Shown here in pieces: positions 62,987 to 64,000 of a stretch of DNA of 64,000 bases. Each line of letters starts with the position of its first letter. Within the stretch, counting starts at the first letter, position 1. The DNA is taken from assembly GCA_043228905.1 (NCBI GenBank), contig JBHGNT010000004.1, forward strand, positions 19,902,001 through 19,966,000, given 5' to 3'. A model generated the notes under the pieces. It saw only the letters and a list, made by a program, of their open reading frames with translations, was not told the DNA's origin and searched no databases. Source of the stretch: Azolla caroliniana. Its lineage: Eukaryota; Plantae; Polypodiophyta. A program made the position numbers and the translations under genes.

Positions 62987-64000
62987 TGTTAGCCAGCTGG
63001 CAAGGAGTGGAGGACAGTCCAGAATATGAAAGGGTGGAAATAATTGGAGGTTGTTATTAGGATATTAAGTAATTAAGTAGATTTTAGAGAAGTGAACGGA
63101 CGGACCGGAATCGGTATGCCGATTCGGATCCGGACCGGTTCATATTAGTGTGTCGATTGGCACCGTTTTGTAGGCAGAGTCGATGATCTATAAAAGGCTC
63201 GGTTACATTGTAAATGACAACGGATAATTAATAAAGCTCTATTTCCTTATCTCTGTATATTGATTACTGTTTTGTGCTAATTACTTTCTATCTTACGCGT
63301 GTATTAAGATTAAGGATTTGTTGCTTAAGTAACCGATTAAGGTCTGATTAATCGTCGGTCTAACTCTGTTTCACCGTAACACCCTTTGGTGAAGTGTGTT
63401 CTTTAGACACCCTGTGTTAGGCAATTGTCTGGCCCTAAGGGGTAACACAGTTTTTGGTGACCACGATTCTTGCATAAGCGCAACGAACAACGACGAGAAT
63501 GGATGACTAGACCAGCAAGCGGACCGGTTACAGATCGAGCAAGGAGACTCCCTGAGCAGTTGCGGAAGCGAGAGGCCTTCCAGCAAGCGGCGGAAGAAAT
63601 TTGTTCGGATCAATCATTTTCCAAAGTGATCAGGCGAGTGGTTGAGGAGTCACTTCGTTTGCAACAAGATTTCCACCCCGACGAAGGAAGCAACTTGAGT
63701 AGTCTTCGGGAAACGGAATCCTTGCTGCAGGCATTAGCTGCAAGAGACGGTGATTCCGAACCATTTTCGGCCTTTGAATCGGACTCAGACGGCAAATATA
63801 GCGCTCATTCTAATTACCGCAGCAGTCACGAAACCCAGACGGACCGGCGGACGAGGAATTAGATACCTCACCGACACCAGAACCAGAATTGACAGAGCTG
63901 GAAGCCATAGATCGGCCAAGGACTGAGCAAACCCTAACAACCGAAGCAGAGGCGGAAAGACCTCCCACAAAGGAAGAAAGACCTCTGACAGAGGAGGTGA
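62987..64000 (+). mobile_element. 5' LTR (62987-63447) and start of another LTR element, running off the window
   Basis: TGTTAG...TAACA, TATA box CTATAAAAG at ~63188, a Trp-like PBS TGGTGACCACGA at ~63455, then ORF 63470-63862. Confidence 0.6.

Overview
Eukaryotic, transposon-rich plant genomic DNA. A non-seed land plant such as a fern is my inference from the element types. There is one intact host gene: a minus-strand Ataxin-2 / CID3-CID4-like gene (about 22.1-35.7 kb, 13-14 coding exons, Lsm + LsmAD + tandem PAM2, one GC-AG intron). It sits among nested Ty1/copia elements (tRNA-iMet PBS, 5-bp TSDs), Ty3/gypsy remnants and a LINE remnant. A separate LTR family with TGTCG...CGACA ends makes 4-bp TSDs centred on CpG, and its two-LTR copy has a tRNA-Trp PBS. 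The most unusual region is 45-58 kb. A decayed Sola-like DDE transposase (minus strand) is arranged divergently from a decayed, intron-containing, bacterial-type beta-class amino-DNA methyltransferase (N6-adenine/N4-cytosine type, plus strand), with an array of ~31-bp palindromes between them. This may be a DNA transposon carrying its own non-5mC DNA methylase. No TIRs or TSD enclosing both genes were found, so the linkage is unproven. All translations, exon boundaries and repeat counts were done by eye.
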